Origin: Protoeuglena noctilucae | Taxonomy: Eukaryota | DNA length: 64,000 bases | Assembly (NCBI GenBank): GCA_958009085.1 | Contig: OY253670.1 | Span: forward strand, 1,364,001-1,428,000 | Direction of reading: 5' to 3' | Part shown: one piece after another, positions 1 through 14,722 of the stretch | Layout: the number at the start of each line of letters is the position of its first letter | How positions within the stretch are numbered: the first letter of the stretch is position 1 | Made by a program: the position numbers and the translations under genes | Notes under the pieces: generated by a model | Told to the model about the DNA's origin: nothing | Seen by the model: only the letters and a program-made list of their open reading frames with translations | Database searches by the model: none

Positions 1-2391
1 GCGCCACATCCACCTCCGCGCGGCCCCTCTCCACGTCCGCCTGGGCTGCCGCCAGGTCCACCTGCGGCCGTCGAAGAGGCACTGGTCGTGCTGGGCTGGA
101 CATGATCCCACGGCCGTGTGGCGGCACGCAACTAGGCCCCCTGCTGCCGCGTGCAAGGTGTCGCCGCACTGGGGTGTTCATTGCGGCCCTCGTCACCTGC
201 GCTGCCCGGTCTCGCTCGTTCAGGCGGTGCTCCAGGGCGGACAGCTCGTCCCGCACGCGTAGCTTCTCCGCCTCCCACTCGGAGCGCTCCCGCTGCACCT
301 CCAGGCGGGCCTTGGACCGCGTCTCCTGCGACGGGGCAGTGCGGGGACGTCGGCACTCCAGGCCATACACACACATGGAGCGGAGAGCTCCCAGGCCTCC
401 TGGCAAGCAGAGATGCCCGACATTCGCGCACGACCACCCGTCACCTGGGCTTCCTTGGCCGCCTGCTCGCACTCCTTCCTCCACCGGTCGCGCTCCGCTG
501 AGATGCCCTGCAGCTCCCTCATGACCGCGTCGTACTGCGCGAGAGGCACGGGGGCGTGCATGCGTGCCCTGCGCGGTTCACAACCTTCAAGGCACCCTTA
601 GAGCCAGCACCCGTCTCGCCCCATCCCCACACGGCTCCCCTCACCTCATCCCGCACTGCCCGGACCTCCCTCCGCGCCTGCTCCAGCGCCTCCTCCGATC
701 GAGATCGGGCCTCCTGCAGGCCACGCACCGCGGCCCGCTCCGCATCCACCGCGCCCTGACGTGACCGCTCCAGGTCTTGCAGCCGCTCCCGAGCCTGCTC
801 CGCACGGGACCTGCAAAGACACGCGGCACGACCATTCTACCAGAACTGGAGGCGAGCAGTGCCGCGTTTGGTGACATCACCGCGGTGCTACAAGCACCGG
901 CGGCAGTGCTGCGCTCGCAAGGTTGCCAGGCCTGCAAGTCACCTGAGGCCCGTCTCCTCGGCCCGAAGTGCCGCCACCGTCCGCTCCAGCTCCGCTGCCT
1001 CTGCCGCTGCCCTCGCCGCGCCCCGAGACGTCTCCGCCGCCTCAGAGTGCAGCCGCGCCACCTCTGCCTCCTTGCGCTGCGGGAGGCAGGAGGCATGCAG
1101 GTGGCACTGTGGTGTGCCACTTGCACACCTCGTGCACAGGCCCATCCAAGGTCCTGTAGTAACCCTGGCAACTCAATCACCTGCAACGTCTCTTCCCACG
1201 CTCGGAGCTCCTCCTCCCTGCGGCCCACAGCGCCCTCGAGCCGCGACAAACGCTCCTCCTTCGCACGCACCTCGCGCATGCGCACCTCTGCATCCGCCTC
1301 GCGTCTGCATAGCGGGGCGTGTCTGGTGATGAGGAGATGAGAACAAAGCACCTGCTCAAAGCCACCTGCGACTGCGAGAGCCCCTTTCCCCTGACCCTCA
1401 CCGGACCAGCAGGCTCTCGCGTTCGTTCAGGGCCCCCTCAAAGCCACGCAGCATGGCTTCCCGCGCCTTAAAGGCCTGTACGCCCTCGTCCATGCCCCCG
1501 AGCTCCGCCTCCCGCGCAATCACCGCGCGTTGCGCCCCCAGCACCTCCCTCTCACGGCGGTCCACTGCGGCAGGGGGCTCGCCAAGGTCAGTCGTGGCCG
1601 GTCCCAGCGGGGTGCAGGGCCCGTCCAACGGATCGGCACTCACCGCTGTCGGTTATCTCGCGCAGCTGCGCCTCACGCGCCGCCAGCTCCTCCCTCTCTC
1701 GCTGCAGACCCGCCCGCGAAGCCTCGCGCTCGGCCGCCGAGGCCCCTGGGCGAGGGGGTGGTCAATGAGTGTGGGCGCGATGCCGACCGGTTCGCACAGA
1801 CAGCCCGGCGTCCACCGCGCGCGTCACCTGCCGCGGCCTCCTCCATGGCTCGCATCCCTGACAGATGCACCTCAGCATCCCGCAGTTGCTCGCGGACCTC
1901 CCGCAGCCGACGCTCCGCTTCCCGCGCCTCGTCCGCCGCGTCGTCCCGGGCGCGGGCCTCCCCCGCGCGCGCCCGCTGCAGGCCCCCCAGCTCCTCCTGC
2001 AGCGCGTCCACGTTGCCCTGCAGCTCCCGCCAGACCTCGTCTGCGGCCTTGGACATGCTCAGCTTGAGCAGCGGCTCCAAGTCGTCCATGTCGCGCCCGC
2101 GGGTACGCGCCGCTGCGACCCGCGCCGTCCGCAGCCCCTCGTCGGCCGACGCTGCGTCGTCCGCGGCCTGCACCGCGGGCGTCGGCGGCGAGACGGGCCC
2201 GCACTCCGCATCTGCGGACGTCGCCGCGTGTGTTATGAGCCAAAGAGTGCTACCGCAGGCGCCGACAAGACAGCGGAGTCGCCGCGGGGCGCGGCGTCGC
2301 CTGAGGGCTCGCTTGCAGTGAGGTGCTGCCACCGCTTGTCGCATTCCGAGAAGCGCGCTAACAGCTCCTCCGCCTTCTCTATGGCGCTCAT
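1..2391 (-). CDS. Long coiled-coil protein, multi-exon, runs off the window start
   Basis: ATG 2391 (MSAIEKAEELLARF). Frame-preserving GT-AG introns at 2168-2253, 1746-1827, 1565-1643, 1305-1401, 1077-1180, 811-942, 535-644, 326-444 and 62-196 join E/R/A-rich heptad exons. Confidence 0.75.
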
Positions 2392-2722
2392 GATGGTACC
2401 TCAAGCGCGTCTCCTGGGGCCGGCGGCGTCAAATCAGGCGCGTAAGGACCCCGACAGGTGCGCGCCGGCGTTTGAAAGCGCGGACGCCATGTGGTCCCGG
2501 AAGTCAACGAGACTCGGGATTCATGCACTAGGTTTGTTACCCTAATCAGTGGGCAGCTGGTCGATCGATTGCGGGGTGACGTCGGGGCACAGCCAGAGTT
2601 TCAAGCAGGGCAAAAGCCTACAAAGCTTCTCAGAGGGCCTCCAGCCCCACGCGCGAATCCAGAACGTGTTGCCGTGTCCCACACGGCTGCCGGGCGATGA
2701 CGCCGGCCGGGCTTTAAGCCCG

Positions 2723-4256
2723 ATGCCGCGGTTTCACGTGGCCCTGGTCGGGGCCCTGCTCCTGCTTGTGCTGCGCGTGAGGGCTGACCTCTCTGGCATT
2801 CTGAGCGTGGGTCAAAGTCCCGATGCACGGGTGCTCCTGGCACGACTAGCGGTGGCTGATGCTAGCGCACTAGCACAGCTCTACTCGCGGTGCAGGCGAG
2901 GCCGCTCTGGCGACTGCGTTCGGCCCCCGCGTACGGTGATGAATGCCTGAAGATGCTACGGACTCTTGCATGTGCAGCGTCGGGAGCGTGGCCGAGGCCG
3001 AGGCGCGGGAGGCAGTGCGGCTCTTGTCGGAGGCGGAGATTGCTTTGTCTGAGGCGTTGGGCCACGTTCGCACCGTACAGTCTGCGGTGGTGGCGGTGGT
3101 GGCGGGTGCGAGTGTGGAGACGTCATGCGGGGCGTCTCTGGACTCCGAGTTCGGCTCCCTGAGTCATGCCGTGGCGACGATCCGGTGGGTGCTGCGGATG
3201 GATTGGAATGGAGCCGTTTCTGAAACCCCGGCTAGCGTCATCCAGACACGTGCTGTTGCCGCGTGCCGCAGAGCGGACCTCGCAAGCTCCGGGGGCACGC
3301 TGCAGGGGGCTGCCAGGGCCGTGTCGCGCCTTGTGTCCGGGCGTGCAGGTCGGGGGTGGCTGGGCGCAGCAGCGGACCTGCTCGCGCTCGCGGGCAGGCT
3401 CATGCAGGCAGTCGCAGCGCCTCTGCGGGTCTTGCTCAGGATGATGCGCCTCGTGTGGGTGAGAAACGATCAGAGGGGGGGGACCGTAGATACTCTGGAA
3501 GGCCAGGTGGCATCGCACACGCACTTGAAAGTTCGCACGCCGCAGGAGGAGGCAGTGCAGTGGGCCGCGTTGGTCTTTCGGCTCGTCGTGGCCACTTTGG
3601 GGGCGGAGGCACAGGCCCTGCTGGGCGGTGTGGGCGGGACGGTGAGCTCGGTGGCGCGGTGGGTCCCCGTCGTGGTGCGGGCAGTTGGGAAGCTTTTGGG
3701 GTTGCTGGGCAGTGTGGCCGCGCCGATCACCGCCGCCCTGCGACCCGCTTTGGCCGTCTTCCTGCAATTGGTAGAGACGATGGGGGTGGCCGTGGGCGTG
3801 CTCGCTTCCGGCGCCGCCACGGGAGCCGTGGGGGCGCTGGGGCCGCTGGGCGACGCGGCGGTCGCGGTGGCGTCTGCGCTGGGGCGTGCGTGGCGCAGCA
3901 CCGTGAGTGCGGTGGGGGCCCAGCCGGGCACGTGGATGGCACGGGTCGCCTGGTTGTGGAGAGCGACCTGCGGTGTCGTCGCGAAGGCCTGGGCGCTCAC
4001 CGTCGGCCAGCTGCTGGGGCTCAAGCTTCACTTGTCGTGGGAGCCGTTGCAGACCCAGGCGGACCTGGTCAGCCGCGTCTGGGCGTCGGCATGGGCAGCG
4101 TGGGCGCAGTCCAGAGTGGTAGCTACGGTCGTGCAGGGGGCCGCGGAAGCGTGTCGGGGCGTACCCGGGCAGCTGTGGCGTGCCTACACGTCCGCGCGCG
4201 ACTACTTCTGGCCCGTGATGCAGTGCATCGACCAGTCCTACGCTGCGTCGGGGTGA
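2723..4256 (+). CDS. Hypothetical protein with signal peptide and Ala/Val/Trp-rich amphipathic helices
   Basis: MPRFHVALVGALLLLVLRVRA signal-like start. An intron ending at 2977 joins the 437-aa ORF. The 3' end may splice onward (see findings). Confidence 0.55.
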
Positions 4257-5091
4257 CCTGCGGCTTAGATTCCTGCCTGGTCCACTAGGCAGCCTTCCGA
4301 CATGCGCCTGGCAATCGGTTTTGCCATGGTAGACTCGTAGCACTTACAACACACGGTAGCTGGTCAAACTGCAACATCCTCCACAGGGTAAGCACCATAT
4401 GTGTGGTCCCCAAGCCGACGTGATCGCCGGTCTCTACAGACGCGCATTTTGTCTGAGGAGCTGGGTTGCGTACCGCCAGGGAAGGCGTGGGCCCTCCCGC
4501 CGCGGCTGGGGTCTGACGGGGCATTCCCTGCCCGGGACGGGCTTTTGAGGCCCCCAATCCAGTAAAAACAGTCATAATTCTCATCGGCAACCTCCACATC
4601 CCCCGAGCTAAGCAGTCGGCCTCCTCGAGAAGCCGCAGTCTCGCCGCCCAGACCCTCGCGCCACCGCGCATCTCCCGACCCCCGGGCACTATGCCGGAGG
4701 GCGGACGCGGGCAGGTGAGACACCCGCCGGTTGGCTCAGGGATGTTTGCGAGTCGCAGCATCGGTGGCGACCCGTGGGCGTGTGCCGTGGCTCGCCGCGC
4801 GGGTGGTGCACGTTAGCATTGTGCTCCCACCGACCGGAGCGCGGTCACCGCCGCGGGGGCCGATGCTGCGATCCAATGCGCGCGTGTTTGAGTCAATGCG
4901 TACGATGCGCGCTACTCTCGGCGACGTGGCGCAGCGCAGCCGCGACGCGATGTGATCGATGGAGCACTGTGCTGCCGATGTCTCCCGACCCCCAGCCCGT
5001 CGTTCCATGACCATAGCGCACCGCGGTTCCTTCCGCAGGGCAGCAAGCCATCGGGTGGCTGAGGCCACCAGGACTCCGGTCGCGGCCACAG

Positions 5092-6537
5092 GAGCCCCAG
5101 CAAGACCAGCCATGGCAGTCGGGCCAGCACGTCGGCCGTGTCCGCCCCCACCAACGCCGCCGTGGAAGGCGTCAACTTCACCGTCACTGATACGCGGGGC
5201 GGCGCAAACAAGACGATCGATGCCAGCTTCGACCAGAAGGTCACTACCAAGTTCCACAACAGCTTCACCATCCTCATCGACCGAAGTGCATCGATGGGCA
5301 GCAACGCGGGGGGCGGGAAGACGCGCATGGAGGTGGCGCATGAGGCCTTCGAGACGTTCGTGAACGAGGTTGCTGAGAAGTGAGCCCGCGCTCGCAGCAC
5401 GGTTGATGCATGGGGCATTGCTTTCCGGAGTATGCGGCCAACTGGCCATAGGCTGAGACCGCGCCCGCGTCGAGTGTCAGTTATACGAAACGCTCCCAAC
5501 GATTCCCATCCCCCGGATCGACAGCGCGCACGCCAAGTCCCTGCCTCCCGCACCGCCCCTGCAGGCGGCGCAACGAGCTGAGCGACCTCATCTGCGTGTG
5601 GACCTTCAACCACGAGGCCCACCGCGCCATGGTCGGTCCTGCCCACAACTTTAACCTCAAGCACCGCGGGCTGCAGGGAGACTTCCAGCCATCCGGCGGC
5701 ACCGACCTGCCCTACGCCATGCAGACGGCCCTTGCCGGGATGAAGGAGTACAACAAGAAGGTTAAGCAGAAGCACAAGAACGCCGTGGTACAGTGGCTGG
5801 TCGTTCTGACGGATGGCGACACCAGCAGCCTCCGCCTGACGCGGGAGCAGACCATCGCCATGCTGCAAGAGGCCTCACACTCGGTCTGGAACTTCAAGGT
5901 CTGCTTCATCGGCATCGGCCAGAGCGCCAGCGAGACGGCCGTCCTGCAGGAGATGGCCGCGGCCGTCAAGGACCGCCTCCGCACCCCCGGGGGCATCGTG
6001 TGCGCCATGCAGGGCACGGACATCGCGTCCATGCGCAAGGTCTTCCAGGAGGCCAGCACCATGGTGCGCAAGATCCAGGACAAGCTCGTGGTCGAGAAGG
6101 GCAACGAGAAGATCATCTTCCGGGGGCAGGCCGCGCAGAAGGCTGCGCAGCATGTGCTGGCGGGCGGGGCTCTGGGCCAGCTGAGTCTTGGTGGCGGCAG
6201 CGGGGCGAGCAGCCAGCACCTCCTTACGGCGCCGCTAAGTGGAGACATAAGCGGCGGTGCCTGCAGCAGCAGCAAGCTTCTGTCTTGCCAGCAACGTGGG
6301 ACGAGTACCGGCGTCGCCACTAAGCACACTTCAGCTGCCAGCAGGCCGGTCGTCAGCAGCAGAGTTCACAGCCACACCAGTTTGGGCACCAGCTTTGCCG
6401 ATTTGTATTCGAGCTCGCAGTTTGGTCGCAGCCGCTCGCCTGAGCCCGCCCAGCCTGCGCAGCAGGATGGACTCAGCTGGGTGGCCATTGCCCTCATCGT
6501 CCTTGCCCTCCTCGTGGTCGGTTCGTTTTTAGCGTAA
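5092..6537 (+). CDS. vWA-domain protein, copy 1, with C-terminal transmembrane helix; 5' end unresolved
   Basis: MIDAS residues IDRSASMG, GGTDL, VLTDG. GT-AG intron 5380-5564. C-terminus WVAIALIVLALLVVGSFLA*. Confidence 0.75.
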
Positions 6538-6692
6538 TTCCTTTCAGCGAAGCATGAGATGTCTCGGAAGTTGGCTTGAATGTCGCGTCGCTGACTGCGT
6601 TCATCGCGTCTGCCCCGATCCCGCCAGCACGTGGCGCATGGCCAGGATGCGGTCCCTCATGTCGCAGGCACCATCGTCCGCCCCCGCCAGGG

Positions 6693-8975
<2,283 letters not shown>

Positions 8976-9722
8976 TCAGCGGAGCTGCGGCCGTCGCAGG
9001 AGAAGAATGTGACCTCCTGAGACGCGATTCCGAGCGCTCCGAGCTAGTGTCTTCCTCACGAATGCCACGGCGACGGACGGGGCGCATCCCGTCTGGTGGC
9101 TCTTGACACCGCCTTCCTACTGACGGAAGGGGCGCGGGGTGCCGCGGGCCCTCGCGCCCGCTTTCCTGCGGCCGAGTTGTGCGCACCTGGTCAGCGATTG
9201 TGCAATTTGATCCGCTCACGTCCCTCGTAGCTCGAACGACGCGTTCGCCCCGCCGCTCGCGAGGAAGTCTCCGCCTGTCGCGGCCCACCCGCGCCTCGCC
9301 TTGTCGATCCGTAGAGCCGTGGCTTTCGACGTCCTCGGAGTAGCGCTGGACCTCCGAAACCCCGCACAGGCCATCCAGGTGGGCGAGCTCGCGGAAGGGC
9401 AGGGGTACCAACGCAGTCGCCGCCTCGGGCTATCAGGAATGCTATCGCGTTATTCGGCGAGTGTGGGATGGCAGCGCGGTCCACCCCGAACGCGCGCTGC
9501 CCCCTCGATGCGTCAACCTCGTCCTCCTTCGGTCACCGCTGTGCGCGGGGTGCCCCGGATCGACCGTGTCCGAGCTGACCGGCTCGTTCGTGTCCATGCG
9601 GACGCGCGTGCTTGCCCCGCGTCCCACGCAGGAGCCCCGCGCGGTCAGGGCCGGCCCACGAGCGCCACCGGGCTCCGTCGCTGTGAGGAGGGGCGCGGCG
9701 CTGGCCCGTCGCTCCCTCGTCC

Positions 9723-11376
9723 ATGGGAGCGAGCAGCTCCAGGCATCATGCGCAGCCCGCGCAGCAGCCGCAGAGCAACGCCGGGGGGCAATTCAACAGC
9801 AGGCGAGTAGTGCGAGGCCTCGCAGCGGCCCGGCCTCGCCCTCGCCCCGCGTCGTGGGAGCCCATAAAAGCAGGACACTCTTTGCCCGTTGCTCGCGCAG
9901 GTTCACTAGTCAGATAGCAGGGGCCGCCGCGACGCAGCCGTCTTCCTTTGGACAGCTCCCGACAACGCGGCAGCAGGGCTTCTCGCCCCAGCCCCCGCCC
10001 CGGATGGAACCCCCGCGGGACGCTGCGCCACAGGCTCGGAATCGACAGATGCTCGAGGAAGTGCCCACGATCAAGAATGCCGTCAACCTGAGGTGTGGTG
10101 CGGTCCTCGCGCAACTGTCCAAGATTGTGGGCCGCGTGAGGCGCTGGACACCCACCACGCCTCGCGTTTCGCAGACCCAAGACCCTGCAGGTGTTGCCGA
10201 GGGCCAACGCGCCGCACATCCTTGACATCACGTTTGTCTTTGACGCCACCAAGCCCTGCACGGTCACCACGCACGTCGCGGCCATGGAGATTTTGCGGAC
10301 GATGGAGCTGTCGACCCCGCAGCTCCCGCCCCCGCGCATCCAGGTGAAGCGGGGCTCGCGGGCAGGCCACCCACTGCTCCCGTTTCGCCTGTTGCGGTTG
10401 TCATGGCAGCAGCCCTCTCGCTTGCGCAGTTCAACGCGGGTCTGGGGCAGAAGTTCCAGGACCAGACGGGTCGCCATTGCGTCAACCTATCCTTGTACGA
10501 GGAGGACGCCCTGCAGGCGGCCCAGGGTGCCGTCTACCCCCTGGTGGTGCGCCTCGAGGTCTTGGCAGACGGCAGCCAAGTGAGCGGCGCCTTTAGATGT
10601 GCGGCCGGCCGGCAGCGCGTCACGTCAGCCCTTGTTCACTGGAACCCGCCCTTTGGACCTCCTTTCCTGCAGGGCAAGTCGCTCGACTCGCTGCCGCCCG
10701 GTGCCGCGCAGCCGGAGTGGGTGCAGTCGCAGACGACGTTTGCGGAGCTGAAGAAGGGCGAAGACGGCACGTGGAGCGCAAAGGTCATCAAGCAGAAGAT
10801 CTGGGTGAGCCATCGCCGGAAGCGAGGTGGCCGCGACCTGGGCAGGTGTGTCGTGCGCTTGCCTCACGTGGCTCCCTTCCCCTGCTCCCGCAGTTCGACG
10901 GGACGCCCTACGAGCTGCAAGAGATTTACGGCCTGCAGAGCAGCAACGACCAGGGGGGCGGCGCAGCAGATGACGACAACAGCACGGAGTGCATCATTTG
11001 CATGACGAACGACAGGCGAGGTTGGGCTGCGCAGGGTTGTTGGCATGCGAGGGGAAGGGCGTGCGCCGTTGACTCGGGCCCTCCCCGTCTCTTCGTATTG
11101 TCGCAGGGAGGTGGCGTTGCTCCCCTGCCGTCACATGTGCATGTGCGCCGAGTGCGCTCGGATCATGATGTCACCCAACAACCCCTCGACGAGTCGCGCC
11201 AAGGTGAGCGGAGGGCTGTTTGCAAACGTGGCGCCAGCAGGCTTGGCAGGGAATCAATGGGTTGCACCAAGCATCGGTTCCATGTTTCGCGCCCGCAGTG
11301 CCCTATATGCCGGCGCCGGGTCCACAACTTCCTTTCCATACGCAAGACCGGTGCGCGGGGGCCAGAGAACGTCTGA
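9723..11376 (+). CDS. LOG2/MGRN1-type RING E3 ubiquitin ligase, N-myristoylation motif
   Basis: MGASSS; IKNAVNL; GLGQKF; KQKIW..YELQEIYG; RING CIIC..LLPCRHMCMCAEC..CPICR. Seven introns, two GC-AG. Confidence 0.9.
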
Positions 11377-11683
11377 GCGCTCGTCTTTGCAAGGCATCGG
11401 CCGTTGGCCAGGGCCTGCCGCCCTTGCTCCCCGTTCCCGCCTCACTCTTCGCCTCGCAGCTCCTCTCATCGCCTAGTTGAGCGCGCGCCCCCACGTAGGC
11501 TTGACCTGGCTACGTCATACTCTCGAATTGACTTGTTGGATTTGATGGCGGGGGCTGGGCGGACGTTGAAACTCGGGTCTGACGTCATGGCTCCCCAGAG
11601 CGCGGGCGGTTTATGCCCTGCCCCAATGACAGCATTCACACATTCCTCGACGACCACCCTGCGCCGATACTGCAACTCCTCGC

Positions 11684-14147
11684 ATGCTCACGGCACGTCC
11701 CCACCTTCGGGGGCAGTTGGCGGGCCCCACCCCGACCCCAAAGGGTGCCCGACAGGTGTCCCGGGCGTCGCTTGGCCGTGACGGAGTCCGGAAGAAGCTG
11801 GTACAACCGCCCGAGGTCGGCCGCGATCACGAGCGACACGCGGGCGACGAGGCCTCGACAAGCACGGCTGAGCTCGCGTTTTGGCCCGCGGAACGTCCTT
11901 TCCAGGACGTCGCGCTGGACCGCACACTGGCCCTCTTCAGCGACGTGTTCGTGCATGCCAAGCGGGCGTTCATTCCAGGTGTGCCATGCCCTAAACCTAA
12001 ACCAAGCCTAACGAAGAAGTGTGCCACCAACAGCGTCGTTTGGCTCGTTGCAGAGCGCGATGTTCCGGGGCAGGCTGCAACGACCAAGTCAAAGCCCGTG
12101 GTGCTCGTTCTGGGCACGGGCTGGGCCGCTCACGCGCTGAGCAAGGTCGTGGACCATGAGAGGGCGGAGGTCGTCATCGTCGCGCCCCGCAACTTCTTCA
12201 TCTTCACCCCCATGCTGCCTTCGTCCGCTGTCGGGAGCGTGGAGTTCCGCAGCCTCCTGGAGCCCATCCGCGAGGCCAACCCGCACGTGCAATACTACGA
12301 GGCCGTCTGCGACCACATCGATGTCAAGGAGAAGGCGAGCGTGTGAACGTGCCATGCATGTGCATGTGTCCCGCGCGTCCTCGTCGCAGCAACCGCCTCG
12401 CTTCCGCCCCAGGTGGCCTACTGCACGTCGTCTTGCGGCGGGGACAAGCGCACCTTCCAGATACGATACGACTCGGCGGTCCTGGCCCACGGCGAGGTGC
12501 CTGGCACCTTCAACACCCCGGGGGTGTCGGAGCACTGCTTCTTCATGAAGGAGGTGCAGGACGCCAGGGCCGTGCGGCGCGCCATTGGAGAGGCCTTCGA
12601 GCTCGCCAGCATGCCAGGCACGGACGAGGAGGTGAGGTGCTTGTGGGCCTTGGGCGGCGTGGCACTGAGGCTGCACGATGTGTCAGGCCGATGGTGCGTG
12701 TGCCGGCCCGTCCTCGTGCAGGAGCGTCGTCGCCTGCTGCACTTCGTGGTGGTCGGGGGTGGCCCGACGGGTGTGGAGTATACGGGGACTCTAAAAGACT
12801 TCCTCAAGCAGGACCTTTCGCGAAAGTATCGCAGCCTGATGTCATACGTCCAGGTCTCCCTCGTGCAGGGCCAGAAGAGCGTCCTCACGCAATTCAGGTG
12901 AAAGGGGTGGCGCGCAGGATGAGGCGTGGTCGATGGCTCACCTTACTACCTTACACGCGACCCTTGACGGTGCCCTGCCGCGCTGCCTTCGCAGTGCGGG
13001 GCTGCAGGAGCGGGCGCTGGAGACGCTGACCAAGGAAGGCATCAACGTGCTGCTGAACGAGCGCGTGGTCGAGGTCACGGAGAGGGAGGTCGCGCTCAAG
13101 AGCGGCAAGCGGCTGCCCTACGGCGTGTGCGGTGCGTGGGGGGCGGCGCGCACGCATGCATGCAAGCGAGCACCCATGCAACTCTGGCCTAATCATCCAC
13201 CCCTCTCCCGTGCAGTGTGGTCCGGAGGCAACGCAGCGCGTCAGCTAACGCGGGACCTGGTGGCCTCGATCCCGGAGCAGGGGCGGTGGCAGCACAGCAA
13301 CCCCGACCTCGCCAAGCTCGCCGTGGATCCGTACATGCGGGTGATCGGGGCCGAGGGCGTCTTCGCCATCGGGGATTGCAGCCGGTTGGTCGGGAGGCCT
13401 GTACCGGCCACTGCCCAGGCCGCCGCGCAGCAGGGTGCGTACGTGGCACGCCTGATCAACGAGGGCTGGAATGTTGGCGAGGGCTCGCTTGCGGGCCCCG
13501 CGCCCTGGCGCCCCAACGCGGCCGAAGCTGGAGCGCGGTACACGCCTCTCCTGGCCGACGGCGCGTCCCCCTTAGAGTGGATCGAGCGCGTCTTGCTTCG
13601 CGACATGGGGCTCCCGCTGGTCAACAGCAACGCTCTCACCGAGGTCGGCCTGGCGTCGCTCGCGCGGCGCTGGGGCACGGAGGAGTCCCTCAGGGCCTTG
13701 GAGAGCGTGATGGGTGAGGAGGACGCGGACGACTTCGTCAACAGCGGCCGCGTCAATGACACCGTCCTGGTGGGACGAAGCTCTGCCCTGCCTGTATGCA
13801 GAGGGACGGAGGTGCATGGCACTTGTGCGGGACCTGTGCGGTGCCCATGCTGCTCGCATGATGCCCTGTGGGTGCGTCACAGGAGTGCCAAGGACGTCCC
13901 CGTGGAGTTCCTCCAGCGCCCGTTTGAGCACCTCTCATTGGGCGTCCTGGCCTACCTCGGCGGCGGCTCGGCCCTCACGCAGATCGGGCCCACAGACACG
14001 GTCAGCCTCAAGGCATCGGGAAGCATCGGGTACCTCCTCTGGCGCAGCGTCTACATCACCAAGCAGGTCTCGACCCGCAATCGAGTGCTCATCCTTTTTG
14101 ACTGGCTCAAGAGCAGGGTTTTTGGCCGAGACATCTCCATGCTCTGA
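11684..14147 (+). CDS. Type II NAD(P)H dehydrogenase with N-terminal targeting peptide
   Basis: VLGTGWAA, PRNFFIFTPML, VVVGGGPTGVE, AIGDC, PATAQAAAQQG, LWRSVY..VSTRNRVLILFDWLK..FGRDIS. Confidence 0.92.
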
Positions 14148-14722
14148 GCCCAGTGGAATGATTTTGGGCCGACGTTCTCACTGCCTTTCCCGATCCACGT
14201 CTGCGGTGCTCTGACCGCTCGCACCCGTACCCGTACCCTGCCTGTGCACCCAGCTACCCTAGCTCCTGACGGAACACCGCCTTTGGTTCTGGCGGGTAGG
14301 AGTCTGCCTGCCGCTCCTTGAATCCCTTGACCCCTCTGGTGCAGAGCAGAGTCACAAGTAGCGCCTGCCGTACCGCCAGAATCGCGAATGCGCGGCCATC
14401 GACCGAGTGCTCTTCCTTTAGTCGTGTGACCTGCACCGGCCGAGCAGGGGACCTGTATAGCAGGCGCTGGAGCATCGTGGTTGGTTCGACATCGTCGTTG
14501 GAGGACAGGAGCGTGGCAGAGGCCGCGAGGTCGCACTGTTGTGCGCCTGGGCACCGCCCTTGGATTTGGGGGAGGCGCGAGGAGGTGAGGGCGGGGAGAC
14601 GCCCGCCTCCTGCCCCTTCACGCCCACAGTACGGTCGAAACGAGACGACTTGTTCTTACTTAGCGGTGCCGGCCGCTGCGACGCCTCGGATCGATGGCAT
14701 CGGAAGCCACGCTCCCCGCAGG

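Noticed and set aside
9060..9290. Consecutive hairpins and a GAGGAAGTCTCC motif resembling RNase P/MRP CR-I
   Set aside because: No matching CR-V found; hairpins are expected at this GC content. An Infernal/Rfam scan would settle it.
11989..12011. CCCTAAACCTAAACCAAGCCTAA telomere-like run in an NDH2 intron
   Set aside because: Only one exact CCCTAAA unit; too short to call an interstitial telomere.
14254..14475. 73-aa minus-strand ORF between NDH2 and UBC12
   Set aside because: No motif, weak codon bias, and it lies in the likely UBC12 promoter region.
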